From NCBI GenBank assembly GCA_951406725.2, contig OX597835.1, forward strand, positions 7,874,001 to 7,938,000: 64,000 nt of DNA, written 5' to 3'. This document shows, one piece after another, positions 27,329 to 40,675 of this stretch (position 1 is the first letter of the stretch; every line of letters starts with the position of its first letter). A program made the translations under genes and the position numbers. The stretch comes from Octopus vulgaris (lineage: Eukaryota). The notes under the pieces are model-generated. The model saw nothing but the letters and a program-made list of their open reading frames with translations, made no database searches and was not told the origin of the DNA.

Positions 27329-27619
27329 GTGGTTAGGGCAGAGGACTCGCGGTCGGAGGATCGCGGTTTCGATTCCCAGACCGGGCGTTGTGTGTGTTTA
27401 TTGAGCGAAAAACACCTAAAATAGCTCCACGAGGCTCCGGCAGGGAGTGGTGATCCCTGCTATACTCTTTCACCACTCTTTCTCCCATTCTTTCTTCTGT
27501 TGGCCAGCTCGCTTAGCCAGCGGGGTGGCGTCGTTCGAAGACTAAAACAATGCAAACGCATTGTGACCAGCAATGTGTAGCAACATCTGATGGTCTGGTC
27601 GGTCACGGGATCACGTGAT
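27329..27619 (+). mobile_element. SINE family B, alternative-tail subfamily
   Basis: Same head and body as 4679 but a different 3' part, shared with 45132-45432(-). Confidence 0.88.
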
Positions 27620-27630
27620 ATATATATATC

Positions 27631-27683
<53 letters not shown>

Positions 27684-29845
27684 ATAATACGTATGTATGT
27701 GTGTACTTGTGTGTGGGGGTGTATGTGTGTGTGGGGGTGTGTGTTTGTGTGTGTGTACCACAGTTTTTCTGAGAATGGGACGGAGTATAAGAGAGAATGC
27801 AAAACGATAAGGAGGGAAAAATGACGCATCATTTGGAATTCCATGGAGAAGTAATAATTTAAGAGGGGAATAATTCACCATTCTGTCGGCAGTTTGGTAT
27901 TGTTGATAGTAAAACTGCGTATCGGATTTGGAAATGTATATTTTGACATTCAAAACTCTTATCTCTCTCTCTGTCTTTCTACACACACATCCACACAATC
28001 AAGACTCCCAACTACCCACGCCACACACACACAAATGCACCTTCAAAAGGATTTTAGCCGCCCATAAACTTACTACTTTCTACTAGACAGTTATCTCTTC
28101 TTCATGTATATAAATACATGAGCGTGTGTAGGGGTGGCGGGTGTTGGGTATTTCTGTATTCTTCTTTGTTACTAATTCAACTTTAATTTATAAAACAGAG
28201 AAATGAATATTATCATTGGGAGAAATTTACCGATGAATTTACAGGCCAGAAAGTTCGCGTCTAGTTTCCGGTCGAAACTCTGTTATTTTTGGTCTTAACA
28301 AACAATGAATAACATAAAAATGGGAGTGAGTGAGTGTGTGTGTGTGTGTGTGTGTTTGTGATAGAGAGGGTGACAGAGAGAGAGAGAGAGAGGGAGGGAG
28401 GGAGACAGAGAGAGATTTAGAGAGAGAGAGAAAGACAGACAGACAGAGAAAGAAAGATACTGAGAAAGTGTTGTGCAAATTATCATAATCACACACGTTT
28501 TACTTTTCTGCTCTATGTCAAATTTACTTCTATTTCAAAGCTGCTGAATTGTCATAAATCTTCATTCGTTTCTAACGCTGTCTTAATCACAAGTTTTTTT
28601 CGATGTCTCTCATTGTCTACAATTTATCCTGTCTCTTCCTTGTGACGATATTGAGGCAATTCAATTTTATTTCCTTGTCAGAAAGTACAGAAATGTTTCA
28701 AAGGATCGTAACCTCGTCACGCTCTCTAAAATAATTTCGTACACACGTAGGCTATATATTCCATCTTCAGGATGATTAAGTGTTTGTATTTTACTCTCAA
28801 TGTCTTTAAGCTAGTCGCACGAGTAGTTAGGCTTTGTAATTTTGGTAATTAGATAACCGAAAAAAAAAATTAGATGATTGACAGTCTTTAAGTAGAATAC
28901 ATGACCTCGTTATAACAGCAGCCTCATAAATGTTTTTTTTTTCTGATGTAGTGAGACATACATCTTGTTGGGCTGCATTTACCATTTATTAGACACCTTT
29001 GGAGCTTCCATAATGGTTCACCTCCTCTCCTGTCCAGCCTTCCATAATGGTTCACCTCTTCTCCTGTCCAGCCTTGCAAGATATTAACTCTAGATGCGGC
29101 GTTTTTTTCCCCCTATTTCTTTTTTCTTGTATTATCTTTAATTTGTGTTCTTTTACTAATTGTGTTATCTATAAACTTTTCTTCGATGTTTCTAGCTTCT
29201 AGTTTATATAAACCTAAACATAGATAAGAGGGCTCATGTTGTCTCTTCCTTTAAGAATAGGTCTACCTTTGTTTAACTGAAATATATTTTCTGCCCACAT
29301 TGTTGCTACTTTGTAATATTTCTTTATATTTTTTATCTGGCTCCTTCCTCTTTGTCTTCATAGTGCATGCGCACTCACACGCGCGCGCATGCACGCGCAT
29401 TTGTGTGTGTATGTATTATATGATATGTTGTAATAATGTGTGTGTTTGTGTGTGTGAATCCGTATATTCATTTTGGAATGGTAGATTCGTAATGAACGGA
29501 ATAATTTTCTGGGTTTTCCTTCGTTCTTTTTTTTTTGCATAACAGTTCTTCAGTTTATTCCAGTTCTAAGTTATTCTACCGTAGACAGACAGAGATTGTT
29601 ACTGAAACGTTTGGCATAGAATTTGTAGTTTTGCAATTTGTCTAAATATCCTGTAGAATAGTTTTATTTTTCTAATATTACTATTGTCTCATATATTTAT
29701 GCTGCACTAATACATCAAACTGTCGGCTCTATCTGATTCATTACATATTATAGGGAGAGTTTACGAAATAAAAAACAAAAGACGAAGACAGGTGGTGTAC
29801 AAAACAAACAGATATATTAGTATAACGCTCAGGAATAGAAAAAGT

Positions 29846-29881
29846 CTTGTACGTTTCGAGCCTACGCTCTTCTACAGAAAG
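29846..29881 (-). ncRNA. Variant minimal hammerhead motif (Penelope-type element ~29752-29930)
   Basis: Minus strand cttt-CTGTAGA-a-gagc(gtag)gctc-GAAA-c-GTA-caag. The core has one substitution. Related to the 8436 family (shared ttcctgagcgt downstream). Confidence 0.5.
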
Positions 29882-30856
29882 GGACACAGAAAAAACAAGG
29901 AGAGACAAAAATGTGTGAAGTGGCTAACAATAACAAGAAATGACAATTATGTGATGGGGGGTGGGGCAGAATTAATTCAATTAATATTACTTGAAAAATT
30001 TTCTCAAGTACGAGAGATAACTTTTAAATCATTTCAGCTTTATCATACTTCCTCGGCGAAGGAAATATATCCCAGAACCAGTTTTCCTTTAACTATTACA
30101 TATATTGACAGCAGATCGGTTACTTTCTGGACAGCATGAATCGATATATTTCGACTCGGAAATTAAGACTTATATCGACATCTCAGAAGGATGAAATATA
30201 AAGTTAACTACGGTCTAATTCGAACCTAGAATACTTATGAAAATAAATAAACTCTGTCATGTGCTTTGTCTGCTGGTTTAAAGTTTCTGCCATGGTAACT
30301 CTTATAATGTCTATTCATGTGAAGCCGTATACAGCGACCCGTCTTTAAATAATTTCATTCAAAAATTGTTGTTGATATTTAGATTTTCTCAACGGTCAAA
30401 TGTTTCAAACAAAATAAAGAACTGTCTCATTAATTCAAACTGGTTGCCGAAATTTGAAAGAATGTCTCCAACGAGTATTGTTATTTTATTGTTGTTGTTC
30501 TTGTTGTCTATATTTCCTCGTGAATAGTCAGATAACAAAGTTCCAAAGTAACGTTTTCTTGAAAAGAAACAGCAACCAAAACGGTGGCATTGCATACAAA
30601 AGAAAACATTGGGTAAAGCGATTTTAATAGACGGATAAACATAACAAGGATAAACAAACTGTTTTATGTTTAAGTCAAACAACAACAACGGTAACAACAA
30701 CAGCAACAACAACAGCAGTAACAACAACTAGCATAATAATAGCAACAGCAACGATAAGATTATAATAAGAGTGAAAATAGGAACAACGGTGATAGCATCG
30801 TCAAAGACTTACGACTACGCGAAGGATATCGATAGCAAGGGAAACCAAGTACGGCG

Positions 30857-31230
30857 GAAGAAGAAGAAGAAGAAGAAGAAGAGGAAGACGAGGAAGAAGA
30901 GGAAGACGAGGAAGAAGAAGAACAAGAAGAATAGGAAGAAGAAGAAGAAGAAGAAGAAGAAGAAGAAGAAGAAGAAGAAGAAGAAGAAGAAGAAGAAGAA
31001 GAAGAAGAAGAGGAAGACGAGGAAGAAGAAGAGGAAGACGAGGAAGAAGAAGAACAAGAAGAATAGGAAGAAGAAGAAGAAGAAGAAGAAGAAAAAGAAG
31101 AAGAAGAAGAGGAAGAAGAAGAGGAGGTAGAAGAAGAAAAAGAAGAAGAAGAAGAAGAGGAAGAAGAAGAAGGAGGAGGAGAAGAAGAAGAGGAAGAAGA
31201 AGGAGGAGGAGGAGAAGAAGAAGAGGAAGA
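30857..31230. repeat. (GAA)n-based polypurine tract, ~370 bp
   Basis: Direct reading. Contains an internal duplication of the variant block gaggaagacgaggaagaagaagaacaagaagaatagg. Confidence 0.95.
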
Positions 31231-31252
31231 AACTTAGGTAAATACACGTATG

Positions 31253-31344
<92 letters not shown>

Positions 31345-31536
31345 CATGTGTGTAGAAATATGAATGCATACACATAAGTGTGTGTGTGTATACCTATGTA
31401 TATATATTTATGCATGTATATGTATATAAACAAAGCGAACGAACAACGGGGTAATGCGAAAGAGAGAATATGACGTTCCCCATCCTAGGCATAATAGGCA
31501 ACAATTACATAGGAAATCAGAAATATAAGTAATAAG

Positions 31537-31583
<47 letters not shown>

Positions 31584-31995
31584 AAATGTAGAAATATCAA
31601 CAATGACTACAAAGAAATAATGCTACAAAATTTCTGTAAAGCACGAACTTTGCCAATTCAAAGAAATCCGTGTTGCAACTGGTGTCAGTGAAAACCTGGA
31701 GGATAGAAACGATTCCAATGGAACAATTGAACCGAAACAAAACTGTTCTGAGACAACAAAGACGAAAATAAAATGCCCCTAAGGAGGGCAAACAAGAAAG
31801 CAAGAAACCGCAAGATTTGGGAGAAAGATCGAAGCATAAAATTAAGGAATAAATCAAACATAAAAGGAAGAAGTTAAAGACAGAAATAAGATAGAAAACT
31901 TACCGAATATCGCAATAAACAGGGGGGAAAGACTGAAGTAGGTAACAGAATAACAATACACGTTAAATATATTTCTATTGAAAAATTGTGAAAAA

Positions 31996-32392
31996 TCTTT
32001 ATATATAAAAGAGAGGTTGTGTGCTGTCTGTCTCCTACGATTTAGATTCCTAACTACTCCCACATTTTGCGGTGCAGTTTAACCAAAACCGGGTATCTTA
32101 TAGTCGTGATTCATATCGAGCCCTTCTGGGTATTAGCGCGCGTCTACGATGAGTCTACGATTTAAAAAATAATTTACCATCAATTTTTCCCATTTTTAAT
32201 GCATTTATGGCATATATAAGGGAAGTAACTCTCTAAAAATTTATTATTAAATCTCAGAACGTAAAAAGCTACAGTAACACCCCCCCCTTTGTGGTTAGCC
32301 ATATTGAGATGGCTATTATACTTTACCTCTCTAAAAATGCTTATATAGTTATTTCCCTTACAAACCCGAGCAACGCCGGGCGATACTGCTAG
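31996..32392 (+). mobile_element. Non-autonomous Helitron
   Basis: A|TCTTTATATATAAAAG ... cccgagcaacgccgggcgatactgCTAG|T. Confidence 0.9.
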
Positions 32393-32659
32393 TTCTTTAT
32401 AAAATACATTGCCAGCTTCATGAAAATATTCATTTCAAATTTTGGTACAAGACCAGCAATTTCAAAGGAGGGATTCGTCGGTTACGTCAGTCCTAGAGTT
32501 CATCTGGTACTTATTTTATCGACCCCGAAAGAATGTAACGTAAATGTAACATCGGTGGAATTTAAACTCAGAACATAAAGACGGACGAAATGTTGTTATG
32601 CATCTTGTTTGATGTGTCAATGTTTTTCCCAGGTCTTCGCCTTTCTTCATAAAAATATT

Positions 32660-32935
32660 TGGTGGAGGACTTCAATCTTCTTCAAGCTGGCTTCTAGGCC
32701 AAAAAGATCAGAAAAAATTTGCAAAGAATGAAGTGACGTACTGCATGACTCTCGGTGTGCACAAGTGCAGCAGCATTGGGAAAAAGAGCTCTCAGATCAT
32801 TTTCGTTGGTTTTGATGGGAGTCTGAAACCACCGAAAGTTGAAGAGGTTTCCATCGGTGCGAAATCCGATGTAGAACCACCTCCCCTCGTTCTCTTGATG
32901 GTTTTTCGTGGCTTTTTTTTTAGCATCATACTATT
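32660..32935 (-). pseudogene. RTE-clade RT fragment
   Basis: Minus strand reads FYIGFRTDGNLFNFRWFQ...ELFFPNAAALVHTE...FGLEASLKKIEVLHQ, matching RTE YRTDGKLFNL...ELLFADD...FGLxxSLKKTEV. Confidence 0.75.
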
Positions 32936-33888
32936 CTCTGAACGAATATTGTAGCCTTAAACAAAGTATCATATCAAGACTAGATGGCCATGGGTGGGAT
33001 GTCATTGTTCAAAGGTCGATTCAACCAGAAATGGGCTAGATTAAACATCAACATTAGGAGAAAATCCGATTCTAATAATAATAATGATAAAAGCATCCGA
33101 AACCTCGGAATAAAAAGGAATAGATAAAAGAGAGAAAAGCCAATGGAATCGAAACATTTTTCGCCTAATGGTTGACATTAAGCTGTATTACAGTCGAATT
33201 AATAAGTTACAGAATTAGTGTTAGAAAATGGTTTTCAAAAATGTAACTTCGTAATATTTTGCTTTGATAAATATGCCATGGAGTTTGGTCAACACGTTGT
33301 GATAAGTGGACTCAATTACAAAATCAATGAACGGTGAAAACTGACATTAAAGAAGAAGGACTAGAAACCTATGAAGCATATTATGATAATTAGAAACGAC
33401 ACGATACAAGATATCAAAAGAAGTAATCTCTAATGAATATAAACGGGAGATGAAGATTAAAACTAGCTGAGAATATCATTACGAAATCAGTTGTAACTCT
33501 GAGGCAACTTACACAAGTTTTGATGTTATATATTAAGAACAACAAGAGATGTAGAAGTTAAACTAAGCAATGAAGTCTAGATGACATTTACTTCAGATCT
33601 GATATATTCCGACACGTACGAAGGACAGCGCTCATACTGATGGAGATAGTTTATTAAACACAACCCTATAGTCAATATAATTAGTTATCAGGATTAAAGA
33701 ATTCCCTATTACAAAGACAACGATAAGAAAATATGAAAAATAAACAAAATTACTTTTTCACAAAGGAATATAATTACAAACTAATGAGTTAAGTCGACAG
33801 CTTCTGTTGTTTGGTAACTACTGAATCAACCCTAGAGGATCAAGGGTGAAGGTAACTGCCTGTTGGGAAGGGAATACATATTACAATA

Positions 33889-34111
33889 CATATTTCTTTT
33901 ACTACCCACAAGGGGCTAAACACAGAGGGGAAAAACAAGGACAGAGTCGATTATATCGACCCCAGTGCATAACTGGTACTTATTTAATCGACTCCGAAAG
34001 GATGAAAGGCAAAGTCGACCTCGGCGGAATTTGAACTCAGAACCTAGCGGCAGACGAAATACCGCTGAGCATTTCGCCCGGCGTGTTAACGTTTCTGCCA
34101 GCTCGCTGCCT
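33889..34111 (-). mobile_element. SINE family A copy
   Basis: Reverse complement of family A. Older degenerate copies lie at ~32440-32645, 34555-34710 and 34750-34930. Confidence 0.88.
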
Positions 34112-34981
34112 TGGGAACTTACAATACCAATAATCTATAACAAAGGTACAAGAAAAGAGATTATGAGTACGAAGGCCAGTCGGTACCATCGACCTCAGTA
34201 CGAGACTGATACTTCACTTTATTAGAAACGAAAGGATAAAAAGCAAAAGTGACTTTGATGGGATTTGACCTCAGGTTATAGGAAATTGTAAAACACTTTG
34301 TTCAAATAGTAACAGTCTCTAATGTTGGCAGTTTTGAGCAAGCAGTTTTGAGTAGAGGGACGAATTAGTTACATTGATCCCAGAACTTGGAGAGAGTCCC
34401 AGTCTTTGAGGAGAGGCAAGAATTCAATTACATTAACCTTCGTATTTGAAAAGAGTAACAGTTCTTGAGGACAGGGACGAATTGACGTGCTTAGATCCTA
34501 GTACTTAAGGACAAACCCAGTCTTTGAGGAGAGGGGCGAATTCAATTACGTTGATTCCAGTATTTGACAGATACTTAATTTATCGTCCCCGAAAGTATGA
34601 CCGGCAAAGTCGACTCGGCGGAATTTGATCTCAGAACGTGCAGACAGGTGAAATGTCGCTGAACATTTTGTCCGGCATGCTAACTGTTTTGCCATCTCGC
34701 CGCCTTGAAACCATCAAACATTGGTTTCAGATTTTGGCATTTGGCCAGTAAATTCAGCGGCGGAGTCGATTATATCGACCCCAGCACTCAACTTTTACTT
34801 ATTTTATCGATTCTGAAAAGAAGAAACATCAAAGTCAACCTGAGCGGAATTTGAATTCGAAACCTAAAGACGGACGAAATGCTGCTAAGCATTTTGCCCT
34901 GCGCCCTAACTGTTCTGCCAGCTCGTCACTTTAATTCTATCAGATATCAAATGTAAATAACTCAGCTGTAGTATTTGGAGT

Positions 34982-35366
34982 TGGAAGCACTCCGTCGGTT
35001 ACGACGATGAGGGTTCCGGTTGATCCGAATCAACGGAACAGCCTGCTCGTGAAATTAACGTGTAAGTGGCTGAGCACTCCACAGACACGTGTACCCTTAA
35101 CGTAGTTCTCGGGGATATTCAGCGTGACACAGAGAGTGACAAGGCCGGGCCCTTTGAAATACAGGTACAACAGAAACAGGAAGTAAGAGTGAGAGAAAGT
35201 TGTGGTGAAAGAGTACAGCAGGGATCACCACCATCCCCTGCCGGAGCCTCGTGGAGCTTTTAGGTGTTTTCGCTCAATAAACACTCACAACGCCCGGTCT
35301 GGGAATCGAAACCGCGATTCTCCGACCGCGAGTCCGCTGCCCTAACCACTGGGCCATTGCACCTCC
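34982..35366 (-). mobile_element. SINE family B (long tail)
   Basis: Reverse complement of 4679-5060. Flanking repeat cagctgtag(t/c)att. Confidence 0.92.
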
Positions 35367-35745
35367 CCAGCTGTAGCATTAGTACAGTCTTCAATGGCAA
35401 GTATATGAGAGCAATTCAAGCAATGCACGAATATAAAATAGTAAACAATACTGTAAGAAATATAAGTAGTTGCAAGGTCACATCTCCTCAGATTTAAAGT
35501 CACTCTTTCTAAAGTTGTTGACTTATTTACGTAACTCTTCCTCCAGTATTGAGTGAAAATACAGTAGTTATCAGTAAAATATCAAAACACAAAGCTGCAC
35601 CTACGCTGGAAAAGTGTTTTCGGTGAAAAAACATTTCTAAATTTCCTGTTTTGTTTTCTTAAGTGCGCAATACCGTCTAACGCTTATTTACCGTCTTCTA
35701 GACACTAATATCGTTTATCATTTCGTCCATAAGCGATTTATATTT

Positions 35746-35864
35746 ATTTCACCTTTATTTCTGTATATCATTTAATAATAATTATTGAACTGCTATTGTA
35801 GAATTTCACCTTTATTTCTGTATATCATTTAATAATAATTATTGAACTGCTATTGTAGAATTTC
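35746..35864. repeat. 57-bp perfect tandem duplication
   Basis: atttcacctttatttctgtatatc...ctattgtaga occurs twice, followed by atttc. Confidence 0.9.
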
Positions 35865-36068
35865 TTTTATTTTCGGAAAACGGAATTTACTGATATAAAT
35901 TTATCAAACTACAACTCGATATTTCGCGTCTTGTGTAGATATGACGTTTCTAAAAAGAGGTGACGAAGAAGTGATGTTATCTGGTGTGAAGTTTCGTGAA
36001 GAAATACCATTCTATACTACATTATAACACCGAACCCCCCCCCACACACACACACAAGCATACACCCC

Positions 36069-36117
<49 letters not shown>

Positions 36118-36469
36118 GCATACACACACACATAAACAGCCACATACACAAAATTCACTATCATTGTTTCTTTATAAAGGCAAAGTAAAATTCTGCTTAG
36201 TAGTCCAGGCAAACCCTTTGAAACAATTTGGGTTTATCCGGACAGCTAATAGTATTGCAACATTGCCATCTAACCTAGAATCTTTGAACCGTAACTGCCA
36301 ACATGTGTACTGCAATCGGCCGGAGATTAAAGAATGCTGTTGGAAGTATGAAACAAGATGGGGTAAAACACGCGGTGACGTGTGGTAGAGATGTACACTG
36401 GGAGACATGAAGAAGCTATACTGAGCTCCATTTTAGCTGGTGTTATACTATTGCTAGAAGAACTTTTGA

Positions 36470-36750
<281 letters not shown>

Positions 36751-37310
36751 TTGACTGTCTAAGGCTTTGGATACCTGTCCATAAGGGTATGGTAAAGCCA
36801 CTTAAATTGAAGACCTCGAAGTGTTAAGTAGCAGGCGAGGATGAAAGACAACGGATGCTAACGTATAATGTTTAGAAATCTGCTTCTCCGCGTTCAACTG
36901 TCATATACGAACATTTCTTTTGGCTAAATTCATCCATATATCACTTGAAATTCTTAGCAAATTCTTCTGACTAATCCAGCCTATGGCCAATGGAATTTTC
37001 TAAATGACAGTCGATTTAATGACAAGCTACTTAGAAACATGGAAATTGTCTGTGTCCTTGGAATATCGCCTACGAACAAATGTGTTCTTTCACCTGCAAG
37101 GATAAAATTTTCGACACGATGTTTTCAAAGTATTTCAATGGTATTAACCAAAGCAGCAAGTAATTGTGCCAAATGGAGTGACTCTAGCAACCAAGAGTAC
37201 AGCAATTGCATCAAACGAGTATTTGCAATGAAGCCATTTTGCCGTTGGTTTCTATGGTACTTCCATTCGTCTTGAAACAGCACAGCTTTATTAATTAACG
37301 GGTCTTTTGT

Positions 37311-37346
<36 letters not shown>

Positions 37347-37352
37347 CACACT

Positions 37353-37409
<57 letters not shown>

Positions 37410-37496
37410 TGGTACTGCAAACACATTGTGGTCCACCGTTTTATTTTATGCACAGAATTTTGTTTTGAAGCAGCGAAAAACACTTCAGACACCTCT

Positions 37497-37818
37497 GCGT
37501 GTGTGTGTGTGTGTGTTTGTGCGTGTGTGTGTGTGTTTGTGTGTGTGTTTGTGTGTGTGTGTGTGTTTGTGCGCGTGTGTGTGCGTGTGTATGTGTGTGT
37601 GTGCGTTTGTGTGTGTTTTTTGTGTGCGTGTGCATGTTTGTGTGTGTGTGTGTGTGTGTGTGCATGTGTGTGTGTGTGTTTGTGTATGTGTGTGTGTGTG
37701 TGTTTGTGTATGTGTGTGTTTTGTGTGTGTGTGTGTGTTTGCGTGTGTGTGTGTGTTTTGTGTGTGTGTGTGTGTGTTTGTGTGTGTGCGTGTGTGTGTA
37801 TGTGTGTTTTGTGTACGC

Positions 37819-37849
<31 letters not shown>

Positions 37850-37875
37850 CGTGTGTGCGTGTGTGTGTGTGTGTG
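37497..37875. repeat. Imperfect (TG)n, facing (CA)n at 37310-37403
   Basis: Direct reading. Confidence 0.95.
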
Positions 37876-38509
37876 TCTATAACTATACACCTTCGTAGTG
37901 AAAAGAGAATTACGAAACTAGACTGATTACATGCTTATATATAAATGTGTTTATCTATGTATACGCATTTGTGTATGTGTGGATTCGAGTGTGGAGATGC
38001 GTGTATGCGTGTGTGTATTTTATCTTTTTCAATAAAATAAATTCGGCGAACGAGCAAATAAATAGTATAATCATTTCAATTCAGATATCTGAATTGTAAA
38101 AGCAAGGGTAAACTTTCTTATCTCTATATCCCGTCATTGCCGCCATTAAATTATAAAAATGTCACTTGATAATCCCTTGTAACACTTAGCAACCAACAGT
38201 TTCGAGTCTTATCTCTCTCTCTCTCTCTTTCAACCCCCTCACTTTCTTCTTCTTTTCCCCCTCAACGCTCTCCTCTCTTGCTCCTATCTCTCTCACTAAA
38301 CTAAGAGTTTCTAGTCATATCTTTTTCTCTCTCTTTAAAATTTTCTTTGATTAGTAGTCGCCATCTTTCTTTCCTTCCCTCTTTCTTTTTATGTACTTTT
38401 ACTTTTAATACAAGAGGAAATGTGTGTTGTATGTGTATATAAATGTATATGTGCGCTTATACATACATACATACATACACTCACACACATACATATATAT
38501 ATATATTAT

Positions 38510-38588
<79 letters not shown>

Positions 38589-39241
38589 GTCTGTGTATTT
38601 GTTTACGCTCATACGCACGTTCCGGCTCTTATTGTTCATTGAATACCATCCATGTATGTATGTATATATCTGTGTATATGTGTGAGTGAATATATAGCTT
38701 AGCATTAAAACTGCAGTAACAGTTGTGTACATATTTCAATGAGTATTAAATATTGATTCTATATCTTGCAAAAAAAAAAGCAAAAAACAATACGAAACGG
38801 CCAAAAGGTAGAGGAAAATCCATAAAAGTACTTTTATACGTTATTCTGTGTGTGTTTAATCGGTGTGTGAGCCAATCAAAGGCTGTGAACAAAATGTAGT
38901 TTACTTTTTCAGAAACTCGTGAAGAAAGGTTTAGGGCCGCGTTTGCTCAGAAAACAATGAAACATTTCACTGAAATATTTTGGTTCACCTATAATACATC
39001 GAAATCAATCAAATTAAATCGAACCGAATCGAATCTGCTATTCTCAAGAGCTGTTACACAAGTCAAGTGTTAGTATAAAAGTAAGAATAATGATAAACCA
39101 AACGGTTCGAACATATGTTCGACACATATATTTATATATATATAGTTAATTCAAACGTGAACAAAGAGAAAACACAACAACGCGAGGACGTGGAACAAGT
39201 ATAGTATTATTGAACGCTCAGGAAAGAAAGAAAGACGGAGG

Positions 39242-39276
39242 GTTTAACGTTTCGAGCGGAGCTCTTCGTCGGAAAC
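39242..39276 (-). ncRNA. Minimal hammerhead motif in a Penelope-type short element (~39144-39327)
   Basis: Reverse complement is identical to the 8436-8470 motif and the flanks are homologous. Confidence 0.7.
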
Positions 39277-39326
39277 ATAGGAAAGGGAAAGATCCAAAGA
39301 AGGGAAGACGGAGGAAAAAATCGCCA

Positions 39327-39376
<50 letters not shown>

Positions 39377-39582
39377 TGGCAAAAGAATTCTACAAAATTT
39401 TTTTGCCACCCTATATTGATTAATTATGAATTTTCTGGTTAGTTCCGTAATGGAATCGGTGGCTTATATTTATTTACTGCCGATAAATTTGGCGCGAGTG
39501 CGACGATTTGAAAATTTTAGGTCAGATATTGCCGAGGTAGCAAGAGGAATGCCTCGTGAAAAATATCTGTTCCGACTTGGCT

Positions 39583-39689
39583 ATTTCTTACTGATGAGTC
39601 TAAGGGCCTATGGTGGATTGGCTTGATTTAATTTAATCAGGTTAGTTTACCATTAAACGGTAGATGAAACGGTGCATCGTCTAAGAAAT
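39583..39689 (+). ncRNA. Type I hammerhead ribozyme, copy 1 (predicted cleavage after C39681)
   Basis: Stem I atttctta/taagaaat (8 bp), CTGATGA at 39591-39597, stem II gtcta/tagat with a 19-bp extension, GAAA at 39666-39669, stem III acggt/atcgt, GUC triplet. Confidence 0.9.
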
Positions 39690-40073
39690 TACAGGGTAAA
39701 AGTTTTTCAATTTTCTCCTGGTTTACGGAATTAATGTTATTTTGCGGTTAAAGCTTTTGGCTGTTATTTCTAGTGGGTGAATGGCCTATTATGGCCGTTC
39801 CTTGATTGTGATGTTGAACGTAAAAATGGTTTATGACTATTTAATTTTTTCCTACTAGGCCGCTGGTGGCAAAAGAATTCTACAAAATTTTTTTTGCCAC
39901 CCTATATTGATTAATTATGAATTTTCTGGTTAGTTCCGTAATGGAATCGGTGGCTTATATTTATTTACTGCCGATAAATTTGGCGCGAGTGCGACGATTT
40001 GAAAATTTTAGGTCAGATATTGCCGAGGTAGCAAGAGGAATGCCTCGTGAAAAATATCTGTTCCGACTTGGCT

Positions 40074-40180
40074 ATTTCTTACTGATGAGTCTAAGGGCCT
40101 ATGGTGGATTGGCTTGATTTAATTTAATCAGGTTAGTTTACCATTAAACGGTAGATGAAACGGTGCATCGTCTAAGAAAT
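40074..40180 (+). ncRNA. Type I hammerhead ribozyme, copy 2 (predicted cleavage after C40172)
   Basis: Identical to copy 1, 491 bp downstream. Confidence 0.9.
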
Positions 40181-40402
40181 TACAGGGTAAAAGTTTTTCA
40201 ATTTTCTCCTGGTTTACGGAATTAATGTTATTTTGCGGTTAAAGCTTTTGGCTGTTATTTCTAGTGGGTGAATGGCCTATTATGGCCGTTCCTTGATTGT
40301 GATGTTGAACGTAAAAATGGTTTATGACTATTTAATTTTTTCCTACTAGGCCGCTGGTGGAAAAAGAATTCTACAAAATTTTTTTTTGCCACCCTATATT
40401 GA

Positions 40403-40448
<46 letters not shown>

Positions 40449-40449
40449 G

Positions 40450-40480
<31 letters not shown>

Positions 40481-40489
40481 GTGTGTGTG

Positions 40490-40528
<39 letters not shown>

Positions 40529-40559
40529 ATATATACGTATATATCTATATATCTATATC

Positions 40560-40603
<44 letters not shown>

Positions 40604-40606
40604 CCT

Positions 40607-40675
<69 letters not shown>

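Larger units (their letters stand above)
39374..40410 (+). mobile_element. Retrozyme-like tandem element: 2.1 copies of a 490-491 bp hammerhead-bearing unit inside (TA)n
   Basis: Units start at 39375, 39865 and 40356 (partial, ~55 bp). Each full unit has a hammerhead and many G-U-rich stems. (TA)n lies on both sides. Confidence 0.8.

Noticed and set aside
33220-33660. Very decayed R4/Dong-like RT C-terminus (AMEFG, KEVISNEYKR)
   Set aside because: The motifs are too eroded to support without a profile search.
39426-39626. Duplicated 66-aa ORF (also 39917-40117) as a protein gene
   Set aside because: It has no recognisable motif and overlaps stems and the ribozyme core. The tandem repeat explains the duplication.
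39374-40410. Second, antisense ribozyme (ambisense viroid-like replicon)
   Set aside because: I found no CUGANGA core on the minus strand of the unit. Other ribozyme classes were not excluded.
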